IMG/VR virus record: IMGVR_UViG_3300034062_005626
DNA from: a virus
Lineage: Duplodnaviria > Caudoviricetes
Direction: 5' to 3' (one strand)
Length of the DNA stretch: 64,000 nucleotides
In this document: piece after piece, positions 41,601 to 49,700 of the stretch
Layout: each line of letters begins with the position of its first letter
Numbering within the stretch: position 1 is the first letter of the stretch
The notes under the pieces: model-generated
Database searches by the model: none
What the model saw: only the letters and a program-made list of their open reading frames with translations
What the model was told of the DNA's origin: nothing
Translations under genes and position numbers: made by a program

Positions 41601-41990
41601 TTCTGTTGGCCCGTAAATGTTATTAACATACAATAATTTTTCTTGTCCGTCTCCAATTTTTTCTAATTTAGAGTTAATGGAGTTTTTAAAACCATATAAA
41701 CCAAAATTAGTTTCAACATTAAGATTAACGTTAATATTGACCATATCTCCGTAGGTGGAGTTACTATTATCAGGGCCATATTTATTTTGTTTATATAAAT
41801 CTTTTTCCTGTATGTCACCAATTTTAGAAATTTCTTCAGAGTCTTTTACTGAATAATCTACAATTTGAAATTCTTTATTTTGAAAAGATTCTCCAAAAGA
41901 TGTGCCGTCAACACGATATGGTTTAAGATTTCGTGTTAATAATCTTTTTCTAAAGTTTTCAGAAGAGTTAAATGAAAGTGGACTATCCAT
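35601..41990 (-). CDS. Giant tail-tube initiator-like protein (gp48/gp54/CIS-tube-like segments) with N-terminal repeat array and OmpA-like insertion
   Basis: 2129 aa. FPPYNLTFSED...FIGRPEPIYTYNSTERNGSLSFDI and VLVLRIGDFFHTKII...LDIKY...PMFASITLGFKMI are tube-initiator-like; follows the tape measure gene. Confidence 0.6.
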   Translation of the reverse strand: MDSPLSFNSSENFRKRLLTRNLKPYRVDGTSFGESFQNKEFQIVDYSVKDSEEISKIGDIQEKDLYKQNKYGPDNSNSTYGDMVNINVNLNVETNFGLYGFKNSINSKLEKIGDGQEKLLYVNNIYGPTEFETSYGNTIEINKNLQTETNKGKYGYPLTVGSDLEKIGDTKEKELIVTNLYKPLNTNDRGFGDTVWYINNNQTIQSRGEGEYSISDTINSFLDSIGNQQEILSKVRNAYKNSAINGFGTPVYSINDLKPFVTNGQGEYTIADTINSFLNSIGNQQEIALKVLNVYKNTSNNGFGTPVYSIQNNQVIQTVGAGEYNISDTVNNRLETNGNDREVILRVLNKYTPDASTPGYGATKYSINNILSLGSNEGEYGFPDTINSELEQDGEQNRNTLYPLNQYGPGGGFLDTVFPFINKQTKSNEKEYDFTDTINSELEIKGETDRPILFAINQYGPEQGQSQTTVVPNLNLQTNANEGNYGFPDTLDSELEIKGENERPFLFSVNQYNPENQPTDSVDINVNLGKLSNEGEYGFPDTKGSGLEVIGFQKEQEAYVRNKYVTGDGDYDVITIDEIIPTSYGSAYAYSLTPLNFIPSTYRPINILLSDNPRGSDGTLSQDSALAGIGARQLKKEYKYRIASELLSQTLGRVNALDSSVDPDSGEISVKPNLNPFDAAGIISGNIPLLARNYTITSPESLVGRALNFTAKIAGLYSPYSIIVGEYFDYPNKRMLNRLVENPVEVVTSTVMGAIRTITGQKNKRGSELFLANTSNATRSLLFGQLFYNLYRPDYRGLTLRRPSLFAPSPEFYGGGNSDDIFSTLISPVNAQPLDRNGEPSGAPVYSVGEIGKYFEGEAFQNYKFGLNTRNYIDGTTPLAGGFTWSSKKSYFKTGQLAGPEGKQRFGESSVFTKNYESAFKDTESWKIEENNVWRDGSILDTTQKIVDSADRSGIKKLEHVGTAINQISKVFNDGYVEMTKGSRVIRYTSKNSVGSTDSTIKGYEYCRLFTKDVPFTNYSQLQKTDGNIRNYTYSVLDNTYNLNIVPFNDKNGQSSNIINGQVKKYMLSLENLAWRTSNKPGFTVQDLPACERGPNGGRIMWFPPYNLTFSEDTRPDFSNTNFIGRPEPIYTYNSTERNGSLSFDIIVDHPSISNILVDQELKDIKPESELKKVMDSFFAGCLKYDIYTLGQRFASLAPQDIQTAIQLIKYPEQATTIVKETPDPEPVKEEIVKTTPPETETKISDPKFQEIFLFFENAQPNDSSSSTTSKDFEYWYNEYVSNKTLYDTTKPLNKVFKYSDANKVALNTTTTPTFSLTEYVDTRKQTLSGFFDNILQEFNDLKEFLSEVFKVLDSGGEVTFDLLATASSTNTSGNQNLSERRNDAVLKFIEKFTVNNKTLKSFIDSGKLKINAKATGSSAAIQDPKYSQIDCTKPFKSQYEEGIYSVQAMACRRVKIEKIVYKPGPPAKSETPPSQVESAAPNPTAAESTAPKPTPQNQVIDNFKQTPQYKDLAKKILRRLLTECNYFQMVKETNPFIYDTIRSKFQYFNPVFHSITPEGLNSRLTFLQQCVRPGDTIPTVSQNAAGTYSLDYNDAFNSAFGAPPVLVLRIGDFFHTKIIPDRLDIKYELNSNIPLDLNPEGIGVQPMFASITLGFKMIGGHGLAGPIAELQNALSFNYYANTEMYDERATITEDVTSQYDAEYFEALKINPLTRPQQNQQNKIGTTIGKQESSKYDTTLSGFTGVLSYKENMKNFIDITKEYANSVFQNLKNINDKLLIGGILIFTKDRKYQTGYFNNINQPQTNLVKIFGKSQYENKVDALFSKAKEDVENETSPILASLPLQNFTNISTRKIKRKLKDMIDSRQSTYLSIITEASNNIVKNQVDETKTIDLLDQLNYVCNSFDGYSNDKNEVIVFSLTGTSAVDPSNTTYANTLDELKGDLLIVGTKMSTFNNNLETYSLIPTAQDEVYNDEFDFNTFIDSDPDAISPEENRFFMIFGKEIIDDYTKFLNEVVDTISNNERKTDWFNYLKGNLGFTNTGQEIPTGPYAKYKDSKAFVDARFKSFEDNFLSKEFCSTCSYNLNKDKERKLNFSQVLFPAQTEIDNMKALNASTNSTGDEYNLKVSFD
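40280..41832 (-). repeat. About 9-10 degenerate 52-58 aa protein repeats
   Basis: Consensus L-x-x-x-G-x-x-x-E/R...N-x-Y...G-E-Y-x-x-x-D-T-I-N-S, visible in the translation (e.g. LDSIGNQQE...GEYTIADTINSF LNSIGNQQE...). Confidence 0.85.
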
Positions 41991-42027
41991 TTATTTGTTT
42001 ATTTTATAAATAGACATTGTTTAATTT

Positions 42028-44037
42028 TTATCCTCTTTTTTGAGTAATAAATGCATTTGATAATTTATCTGAATATTCAGCACTTAATCTAGTATTGACT
42101 GTGGACATAATTGTTTCTTTTAATTGTGACGTATTTAAAACTTCGTTTATTAGATTTTGTGGTATATTTGTGTTAATGTTCAAAGTAACTTCAGTTTTAC
42201 CTCCAATTTCTACTTTTTGAGTTGTTTCTGTATTAGTTGGTGAAAATGAAGAAGACTTTGTTAATAAGTCAACCAAATTTTGTGATGGTTGAGCGGTAGC
42301 GTTTTTATATAATAAAGATAAATCTCCTCCCGATTTGGGACCTCCAATTGATTTTAAAATATTTTCAGATTCATTATATTTGTTAAAAAAATCTCCAATT
42401 CCAGGAGAAAGTAACATATCATCTTTAGTGTCTCCCAAAAATTTACCAAAAGAACCCGTAACCATTTTTCCTCCACCTGCAGGTACAAATGCATCTGAAA
42501 CTTTTACTGTTGGGTTTGGTGAAGGTGGTGTTATACCCCCAAGTGTTACTTGTATAGAGGCAACAGTTGTATCAACAAGAGCTTTAAGAGTTGCTATAAA
42601 AGTTGTAAAAGTAGCCAATTGAAATTCGTATGCGGTTTTAATTGAGGAATTTGCATTATCAAACGAATTTTTGAACTCTCTGATTAAACCATTAAGAGAT
42701 GTTTCAGCCGCACCATATAATGTTTTATCTTCTCCGGCTTTAAGTATTGTTTTCCCAACATCTAAACCTTGACCAAAAATACCTTGGTTTTGAATTGTAA
42801 TTAATGTTGCCAATTGTTTATCTTGTACACTTAGTTGATTTTTAGCATTTTGTAACATTTCTGTTTGTAAATCTTGTTCGCTCTTACCTAAATCTTTGTT
42901 GTACTGATTCAATGCATCTATGAAAGTATTATCATTCATAAGTGTTGCCAAGTCTTTTCCTGCTTCATCAAAACCTGGTAAATCTATAGATACTTTACCT
43001 CCAGGTCCAATTTCTGCCAAACTTGAAACTAACCCTCTTTGTTCCTCAGTTAAACCTTTAAAATCAATCCCTTTGGACATAATTTCTTGTTCTTTTCTGG
43101 CATTGATTGCCCCTTTAGCAACGTCTTCATAAGATAGACCTAAAATATCGGCTTGTTGTCTTAATCTCAACATTTCCTCACCACCAATTTTAAATTCACC
43201 TGTAGTTTCATTAAAATCAACAGCAGCTGATGAGGCTTTAATAATTTGGTCTTGAAGTCCTTCCATATCATACATTGACATGTGTATTAATTGAAAGGGG
43301 TCACCTAATGCACCAATATTACCACCTAATGCTTGTAATTGAGAAGCCATTTCCACGGCCTTTTCGGGACCACCATTCAAGATTAGGTTTGCTGTTGTTT
43401 GTGCTTTATCTAAACTTAAACCTACACGTTGTGCTTGAGCGGCCATTTTTGTTAAACCTTCGACACCATTTTTAAAACCGTATATTTGAGCCTTTTGGAT
43501 ATTATCAGACACTGTTTTGGTTAGTACCTTTGCATCAACACCTGACGCCTTTGCGGTTGCAGCAACTTTATTCATTATCGCAATGGATTTACTTTGTGTA
43601 ATACCATATTGAGTCATTCCTCCAATAAGTTTAGCGACATTCTCAGGAGTTTCTCCGATTGCTTTTCCAAAAACTAATGCGTTTTTTGTCATTTCAGCAC
43701 TTGTAGGAATCATCCTACCCATACTTGATTGTACTCCTTCTAGAAATTTTCCCGCATCTTCAAATGCAATACCATATTGTATACCTTCTTCATAAACTTT
43801 ATAAATTTCTTCTTGAAATTCAACAACGCCCTTTCTAAGTCCTTGACCTAAAGTTGTATTTAGTTTTGTTGCTTTGGATTCTAACGTTAAAAAGAAATTT
43901 TCAACCCTTGTTTGGTCAAATGCAGAATTAAACGCCTTATTTAATTGGTCTGAAAAGTTGGAAACTTGTACATCTGTATAGGTAGGACCGCCACTACCAG
44001 TGCCAGCAAAAGGGTCAGAATAACCTAAAAACATCAT
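42028..44037 (-). CDS. Tape measure protein
   Basis: 669 aa, Ala/Gly/Lys-rich helical protein directly after tube and chaperone genes; late motif upstream. Confidence 0.75.
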   Translation of the reverse strand: MMFLGYSDPFAGTGSGGPTYTDVQVSNFSDQLNKAFNSAFDQTRVENFFLTLESKATKLNTTLGQGLRKGVVEFQEEIYKVYEEGIQYGIAFEDAGKFLEGVQSSMGRMIPTSAEMTKNALVFGKAIGETPENVAKLIGGMTQYGITQSKSIAIMNKVAATAKASGVDAKVLTKTVSDNIQKAQIYGFKNGVEGLTKMAAQAQRVGLSLDKAQTTANLILNGGPEKAVEMASQLQALGGNIGALGDPFQLIHMSMYDMEGLQDQIIKASSAAVDFNETTGEFKIGGEEMLRLRQQADILGLSYEDVAKGAINARKEQEIMSKGIDFKGLTEEQRGLVSSLAEIGPGGKVSIDLPGFDEAGKDLATLMNDNTFIDALNQYNKDLGKSEQDLQTEMLQNAKNQLSVQDKQLATLITIQNQGIFGQGLDVGKTILKAGEDKTLYGAAETSLNGLIREFKNSFDNANSSIKTAYEFQLATFTTFIATLKALVDTTVASIQVTLGGITPPSPNPTVKVSDAFVPAGGGKMVTGSFGKFLGDTKDDMLLSPGIGDFFNKYNESENILKSIGGPKSGGDLSLLYKNATAQPSQNLVDLLTKSSSFSPTNTETTQKVEIGGKTEVTLNINTNIPQNLINEVLNTSQLKETIMSTVNTRLSAEYSDKLSNAFITQKRG

Positions 44038-44057
44038 ATAGTTTTATTTAATAAATA

Positions 44058-44246
44058 TTATTCTTGTTGTTTTTTATTTTCTTCAATCAACTTATTAATG
44101 AAGAACTTTCTTTCATATGTTGGCATACTCATGATGTCTCGATAAGAAAATCTTGCGAACTTGACTAAATAATATATTTCGTCTAATAGATGTTTTTGAT
44201 AATCAGAAGAAAGGGCGAAAAAACTCCACCCCAAAAGTAACATCAA
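44058..44246 (-). CDS. Tail assembly chaperone C-terminal extension (probable frameshift product)
   Basis: 62-codon frame overlapping the chaperone stop in the +1 frame, just upstream of the tape measure gene; sequence DEIYYLVKFARFSYRDIMSMPTYERKFFINKL. Confidence 0.6.
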   Translation of the reverse strand: MMLLLGWSFFALSSDYQKHLLDEIYYLVKFARFSYRDIMSMPTYERKFFINKLIEENKKQQE

Positions 44247-44955
44247 TAGTCACTTTTTCTCCAGACGGGGTTTGAATTACTTTTTGTAAATCGATTTTTG
44301 GTTCACATTTATATGCAAATCTTCTAAAGTCTTTTGCATCTGATATTGGCATTTGATTAATAAACTTTACAATTTGAAGTGGGTCCTTAGAACCATCGAT
44401 TTCTACAATTTGTTTTTCTAATCTTTTGGTTGCAATAGGTACGGTCATACCGGCTGGATATTGAGAATTAAATTTGTCCAACTCTTTTTGGTCCCCAATT
44501 GTCAACAGTCTAAACTTAACTTCTTTTTTAGATTTTGGTAGTACATATGAGAATAACCCTTCAAAATCAGGTTTTTCTTCAATCGGTTTGTAATCCAACG
44601 CATCTAAAAGAACAGTTGTTTCAAAAGTTTTGTTTGTTCTCGGGTCAGTAACCGTAAAGTTATATTCAGGACCAAAAGATGTGTTTCTTAAAAAAATTAA
44701 AACTGCTTGAACGTCACAATCTAACATATCATTAATGTTAAATCCAGGTTCATATATTTTTTGTCTAAGTAATGAATAAATAATTCCATCTTTATCGTTA
44801 TTTTGTGACATCAAAATATTTTCATCTTGTGCGGTTAAAAAACCTACTTTAATAGTTTCTTTTTTTGGTTTGTAAAATATACCTTGTGATGGTAATTTTA
44901 TTACGTCATGTGGCAAACTAAAATCCATTTGCCCGTATTTTGCTGATTCGTCCAT
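44203..44955 (-). CDS. Tail assembly chaperone / T4 gp26-like baseplate hub assembly protein
   Basis: Likely start is MDESAKY at 44955 (the track start at 45009 lies inside a terminator). LPSQGIFY...GFLTAQDENIL, DVQAVLIFLRNTSFG, ends GVEFFRPFF; lies between tube and tape measure. Confidence 0.75.
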   Translation of the reverse strand: MDESAKYGQMDFSLPHDVIKLPSQGIFYKPKKETIKVGFLTAQDENILMSQNNDKDGIIYSLLRQKIYEPGFNINDMLDCDVQAVLIFLRNTSFGPEYNFTVTDPRTNKTFETTVLLDALDYKPIEEKPDFEGLFSYVLPKSKKEVKFRLLTIGDQKELDKFNSQYPAGMTVPIATKRLEKQIVEIDGSKDPLQIVKFINQMPISDAKDFRRFAYKCEPKIDLQKVIQTPSGEKVTIDVTFGVEFFRPFF

Positions 44956-44997
44956 AGTTTTTATTTTAAAAATATTTTGAATAAAATTATTGTAAAT

Positions 44998-45023
44998 AAA
45001 AAATCCCATCTATTGACGGGATT
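44998..45023 (-). terminator. Intrinsic terminator after the tail tube gene
   Basis: Minus strand AATCCCGTC-AATA-GATGGGATT (one G-U pair) followed by a T-tract. Confidence 0.75.
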
Positions 45024-45047
45024 AATTATAATTTTATTTTTAAAATT

Positions 45048-45536
45048 TTAGTAAACTAGAATACATCTATCCGGTCTCAAAGTCATGTCTACAGTCATAA
45101 GGTCTGAACCATCATACCCGACCTCATTAAATTTTGCTTCCGTTATACTACAATTTTGTAATATCCACTTTTCAACTGCAACTCCTGTTGGGTCTAACAT
45201 TTCTAAGTTCACATCTTTTTTGTAACCAGCAGCATAACCCATACGACCTGTTACTGATTCAGCATGTAAACGAACCCACTCCATTACCGCCTGAGCTGCC
45301 GATGGACCAATCGGGTCTCTTAAGGTTACAGAAATAGTGTCCCACGCAAAAGACCCTGCAACATAAGTTTCAGTATTCAAAAATTTAATTTCTTTTGTAT
45401 CAATTTTAATTGACGGTCTTGACGCTTTTTCAACATACCATGAATTAATACCCAAACTAGAGTCAAATGTTAGTATAAACCTATTTTTCTTTTTTGGTTC
45501 GTACTGAAACGGCATTCTCATTAATAAATCAGCCAT
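45048..45536 (-). CDS. Tail tube protein (T4 gp19-like)
   Basis: 162 aa; EPKKKNRFIL, ASRPSI, YVAGSFAWDTISVTLRD...VMEW, GYAAGYKKDVNLEMLDPTG..VEKWIL. Confidence 0.9.
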   Translation of the reverse strand: MADLLMRMPFQYEPKKKNRFILTFDSSLGINSWYVEKASRPSIKIDTKEIKFLNTETYVAGSFAWDTISVTLRDPIGPSAAQAVMEWVRLHAESVTGRMGYAAGYKKDVNLEMLDPTGVAVEKWILQNCSITEAKFNEVGYDGSDLMTVDMTLRPDRCILVY

Positions 45537-45639
45537 GTTTTCTTATTTTTTAATTTTTATTTTATTTTACTATAAATACTTACTAAATTATTTTTTGTAT
45601 TTACTTTCAATTATTTTAAATTTATTCTATAACTAGAAA

Positions 45640-46530
45640 CTAGTATTTAACTTTATTTCCTCCTTTTGTTAAATATAAGTTTAAAGGTAATTCTTCATAC
45701 TCACTAGATAATAATTCTTTAATTTTTTCAACATTTCTTAAATCGTCATCTGAAAAACCAATATAAGGTTCCCAACTTGAATTAAATTCAACATCATTTT
45801 TAAACATAGGACTACCCTCAACCCCGTAACGACTTTTTAATTCACTTGCCAAACTCTTACAATAAGATATAAATTGTTTTAATGCATCAAATTTTGCTTG
45901 TTCAGGGTTAGAGGCGTTTCCTTTTTTAAAAGACACGGGTTCAAATTTACATAAGTCCAAATAGTCATTAAGTTCTGATGGTGACAATGCTTTAACAGTA
46001 GTGTCCGCTTTAACTTTGTTTCCTATTTCTCGATACTTGTATAAATTTCTAGCTAATTCTCTTGAGTCTATTCCGTTTTTATTACTCATTACTAAGTTGT
46101 AAACAGCCTCTCTTAAAGTTTCAGGACTATGACCTCTAGCGGTAATTATAGAAAAAACTGACCCACCATTTATACATTCCACAAAATCAGACCAAGACGG
46201 ACCGGGTTTTGCAACCATTGAATCAATAATAAATCTTTTGTTTCCAAACTCCTTAAAGTTTTTAAATGCTCCGATAGAAAATGCGACGATTCTTTTACCT
46301 TTATACATAAACGGTTCAAAACCAATTTTTTCTCTGTACTCTGCAAAGTCTTCTGTTGACATGGGTATTTCGTTTTCGTCTTCATCCATAACCAAAATAG
46401 AAGTTGGCATGAATAAAATATTGTCATCCCAATCAAATGCATAATATTTTAAGTCAGGTCTACCAACATCATCAAATCCTTCGTTCAATCTTTGTTGAAC
46501 AAATTTTCTAACATACCCTTTAATATCCAT
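45640..46530 (-). CDS. HAD-superfamily phosphatase-like protein
   Basis: 296 aa; motif I FDWDDNI, motif II IITARG, motif III K (EQAKF), motif IV GFSDDD. Confidence 0.7.
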   Translation of the reverse strand: MDIKGYVRKFVQQRLNEGFDDVGRPDLKYYAFDWDDNILFMPTSILVMDEDENEIPMSTEDFAEYREKIGFEPFMYKGKRIVAFSIGAFKNFKEFGNKRFIIDSMVAKPGPSWSDFVECINGGSVFSIITARGHSPETLREAVYNLVMSNKNGIDSRELARNLYKYREIGNKVKADTTVKALSPSELNDYLDLCKFEPVSFKKGNASNPEQAKFDALKQFISYCKSLASELKSRYGVEGSPMFKNDVEFNSSWEPYIGFSDDDLRNVEKIKELLSSEYEELPLNLYLTKGGNKVKY

Positions 46531-46667
46531 TATTTTTGAAGTTTTTCTAAAAGTTTTTCTAACTGAGATTCAGTTAAAACTACATTTTGTTTTTTTGTGG
46601 AATAAGTTTTGTCCGACCAATCTTTGATTCCAACTGACTCTTTAATAACTTTCTTTTTAATTTTCAT
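46530..46667 (-). CDS. Small basic hypothetical protein (45 aa, below the track cutoff)
   Basis: Manual translation MKIKKKVIKESVGIKDWSDKTYSTKKQNVVLTESQLEKLLEKLQK; its stop overlaps the ATG of the HAD gene. Confidence 0.7.
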   Translation of the reverse strand: MKIKKKVIKESVGIKDWSDKTYSTKKQNVVLTESQLEKLLEKLQK

Positions 46668-46681
46668 TTTATTTATATTTT

Positions 46682-46710
46682 AAAAATAAGTGGGGGAATG
46701 ACCCCCCACA
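46682..46710 (-). terminator. Intrinsic terminator after the sheath gene
   Basis: 8-bp stem GTGGGGGG(46690-46697)/CCCCCCAC(46703-46710), minus-strand TTATTTTT. Confidence 0.8.
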
Positions 46711-46714
46711 TTTA

Positions 46715-49700
46715 TTATACGTTGTCAAATGATGCTCCTGTTGGTGTAATAACAAACTCGATGTCAATGTATTCTAACGCTCTTGTTGGTTTCAAGTAAA
46801 TCTTACCTGTAAGAGTGTTTGAGTCTAAATCTTCAGGTGTATTTGAAACTGTAACTCTAAAGTCAATCAAACCTCGGTCTCTTCTAATTGAATCCAAAAT
46901 TGGATTTACTGAATCTAAGAAGTCTTGTCTTACTTTGTCATCATTTTGTTCAAATAATAATCTAATTGCCACTGCTGAAATTAACTTACGAGCTTGTAGT
47001 AATAATCTTCTAACGTTGATTCTGTCAAGTGCAGATTCTCTAATTTGTAGAGTTTTATTACCCCAAATTACCGTACCAACATCATTGAAAGTCGCAATTG
47101 GGTTGATTCTACCTTTATATAATACGTCTCTATCTTCTTGTGTCAACTTACGTCTCGCTCTAATTGCATTTACAAGACCTCTCGTGTAACCCGCTGATGC
47201 GAACCAAGGGAATGCAATGTTGTCTGTTAATGCTAAGTTTTTAGTAACTTCAGCCGTAGGGGGAAGATAAATTTGTGTGTTATTAACACTATCCCTTGTT
47301 AATACCCAAGGGTAGTAAGTTGCTGTGTAGTTAGAGTCTATACCCGTAGTCTCTAAATTGTCAACCGCCTGTTGAGGATAAATTAACCCCTCTTCTATAT
47401 TTTGGTAAGAAGGTAAGAATAAGTTAAAGTCAGGTGTAGTACAGATGTAAATTGAATCTGCTCTATCTTCCTCAATCAAATTAACCGCATCTTCAACTAA
47501 GTTACTGTTGTTTACATAGTCAATTCCTGGTGTAACAAACACATTTATATTTGTAGATTCAGGATTAGAGAATGTTGATTGACCCCATTTGTAAGCGTAG
47601 TAGTCAGTGTTCGCCCAAGTTTCTTGGTTTGGTCCTGAAATTTGTTTGAACGCTCCCCAACCTGATGCTGTAGGATATGTTGCGGAAGCTGCCGCTCCTT
47701 GTTTGTATCCTGTCTGACCTAACGCGAATGTATCTGCGTTTGTTCTAGACGCTCTATAAATGTCCCAACCGTCAAATCCGCCGTAAGCATATACGGTATA
47801 TTTTCTTGTATTTAAGTTGTAATAAGGATTATCACTGTCTAAAGGTTCGCTCGAGAATGAACCCGCACCCACTTCAAACGCTGACTGACCTGAAGTAACA
47901 TATCCGTTAGAAATAGTTACAATAGTTGCTCCACTATCCATATGGAAACCTTTAGTAACATAACCCCAATCAGGACCTGTAGTGTCAGTTGCGATATTTG
48001 TAGGAAGTTGTTTACCTTTGTATTCAAAGAAATCATAATCAACACCTGTAATATTAGAAATACCCAAGTATGCTTTTCTAACATTTTCACCTGATGAAGT
48101 TCTAATATTATTACCATTGTTTGCAGAACCAAAAGGAGGATTGTCTATTTGCTGTCCTGCCGTTAAATATCTTGTTTTGTATACAATAAATGGAGGTGTC
48201 GCATTTGAGTATTCTCTCATAATATAACCCTCAAATCCACAAGGTAGCGCATCTGTTGGTGCTTCATCAGCCATTTCAATCATTAAGTATTTAGATTTTA
48301 CTTGATATTCACCATTAGAAGTACCAATTTTATTTGCTATAAAATTATTTTGTGTAGGGTCTAATGAACAGTTTGTAAAACTTTCTATTACTCTAACCTT
48401 ATCGTCAGTATCATAAAAGTCTCTAACAAAAACGTCAAAAGTATTGTTTGTAAAAGATATATTACCTATTGATATTTTTACAAGTCTATTAGCCGCATTT
48501 CCATCGGAAATTAATACAAATCTAAATAACTTATAAACCAAATTACCTCTTAGTTCAGACACTAAGTAAGGAGTTTTAGGTGTTTGATATTGTTCTAAAT
48601 AGAAACCAATAGTTTCAGTATCTAACGATTCAGCACTGTCCAATGCAATTAAATCACAGTATAAACCTCTAATTTTACTATTGTTATAACCTGAATTTAA
48701 TAAACTTGGATAAATTTCCTCAACAAAAATTGGAACTTCGTTTCTATCTTTCGCAAAGTTTGATTTACCAAATAAACTTGACATGTAGTTGGAATTTGTA
48801 GACAACATTGAAGTTTCAAAACTAAATGTTTCAGAATCATATGTAATACCTGATATTACAAAAGTTGAGTATGGGTCACTTGTAACTGCTGAATATGTAC
48901 CAGTACATACCATTTGAACGTCACTTGTACCCGTAACCCAATATTGTGGTCCGTGTTGTGTTGAAGAATATGTGGTAAGACCTCTTGAACGTAGTGTTGA
49001 TACAACTAAATCATCCCATTCACTATAAGGTGAACCTGAATAGAATGTCATACCAATATTACATCTACCTGAGAACACACCACCACCGAGAGATGACATC
49101 GCTCCGATTGAAGCACCTAATCCGTATCCATAATATGAGCCAACACTTTGAATTTTGTTATAGTCAAATAATGCATAGTACCATGTATCATTCGTATCTG
49201 CTGAAAGATTTGTTAAAGATAAATTAACATTATCAACTCCAAAGGTTTCAGAAGTTGCGGTTACAGTATTCACTGAAGACCCTGACACGTAAGTTAGTGT
49301 ATTCGCACTTAAAGTACCCCAATAAATCGCAGTTGTTGCTGAGGTAGACGCACTTAAACTAAATCTATTAACGTTAGTAGAAATAAAGTTTTGAAAATCT
49401 GCATTTAATGTGGAAGTTCCTCCGTTATAAGACGTGTATGTGCTGTAAAAATCAGCACTTAATTGTGATGGAACAGATGTAATTGTAATATTTCCACTAG
49501 TACCTGTAGTTCCTGTAAAGTTTAATGTAATACCTGTTGTATTACCTGTTGCTGATATTGTTGCCGGATTTGGGTTTGCAATAGTAACAACCGACCAAGA
49601 TGGTCCTGCATCATAACCTGATAATCCAAGTATTCTTGTTACGAATAATTGATTTGATTGACTTAAGTAAGCCTTTGCAATATAAGACGCCTCATATTTT

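Noticed and set aside
44956-45009. Track start for the chaperone at 45009
   Set aside because: Lies within the tube-gene terminator hairpin; ATG at 44955 with an AAAACT context fits better.
46670-46677. Sense-strand T4-type TATAAATA before the 45-aa gene
   Set aside because: Single instance, 2 nt from the ATG, in a very AT-rich gap next to a terminator; the consistent motif elsewhere has the opposite orientation.
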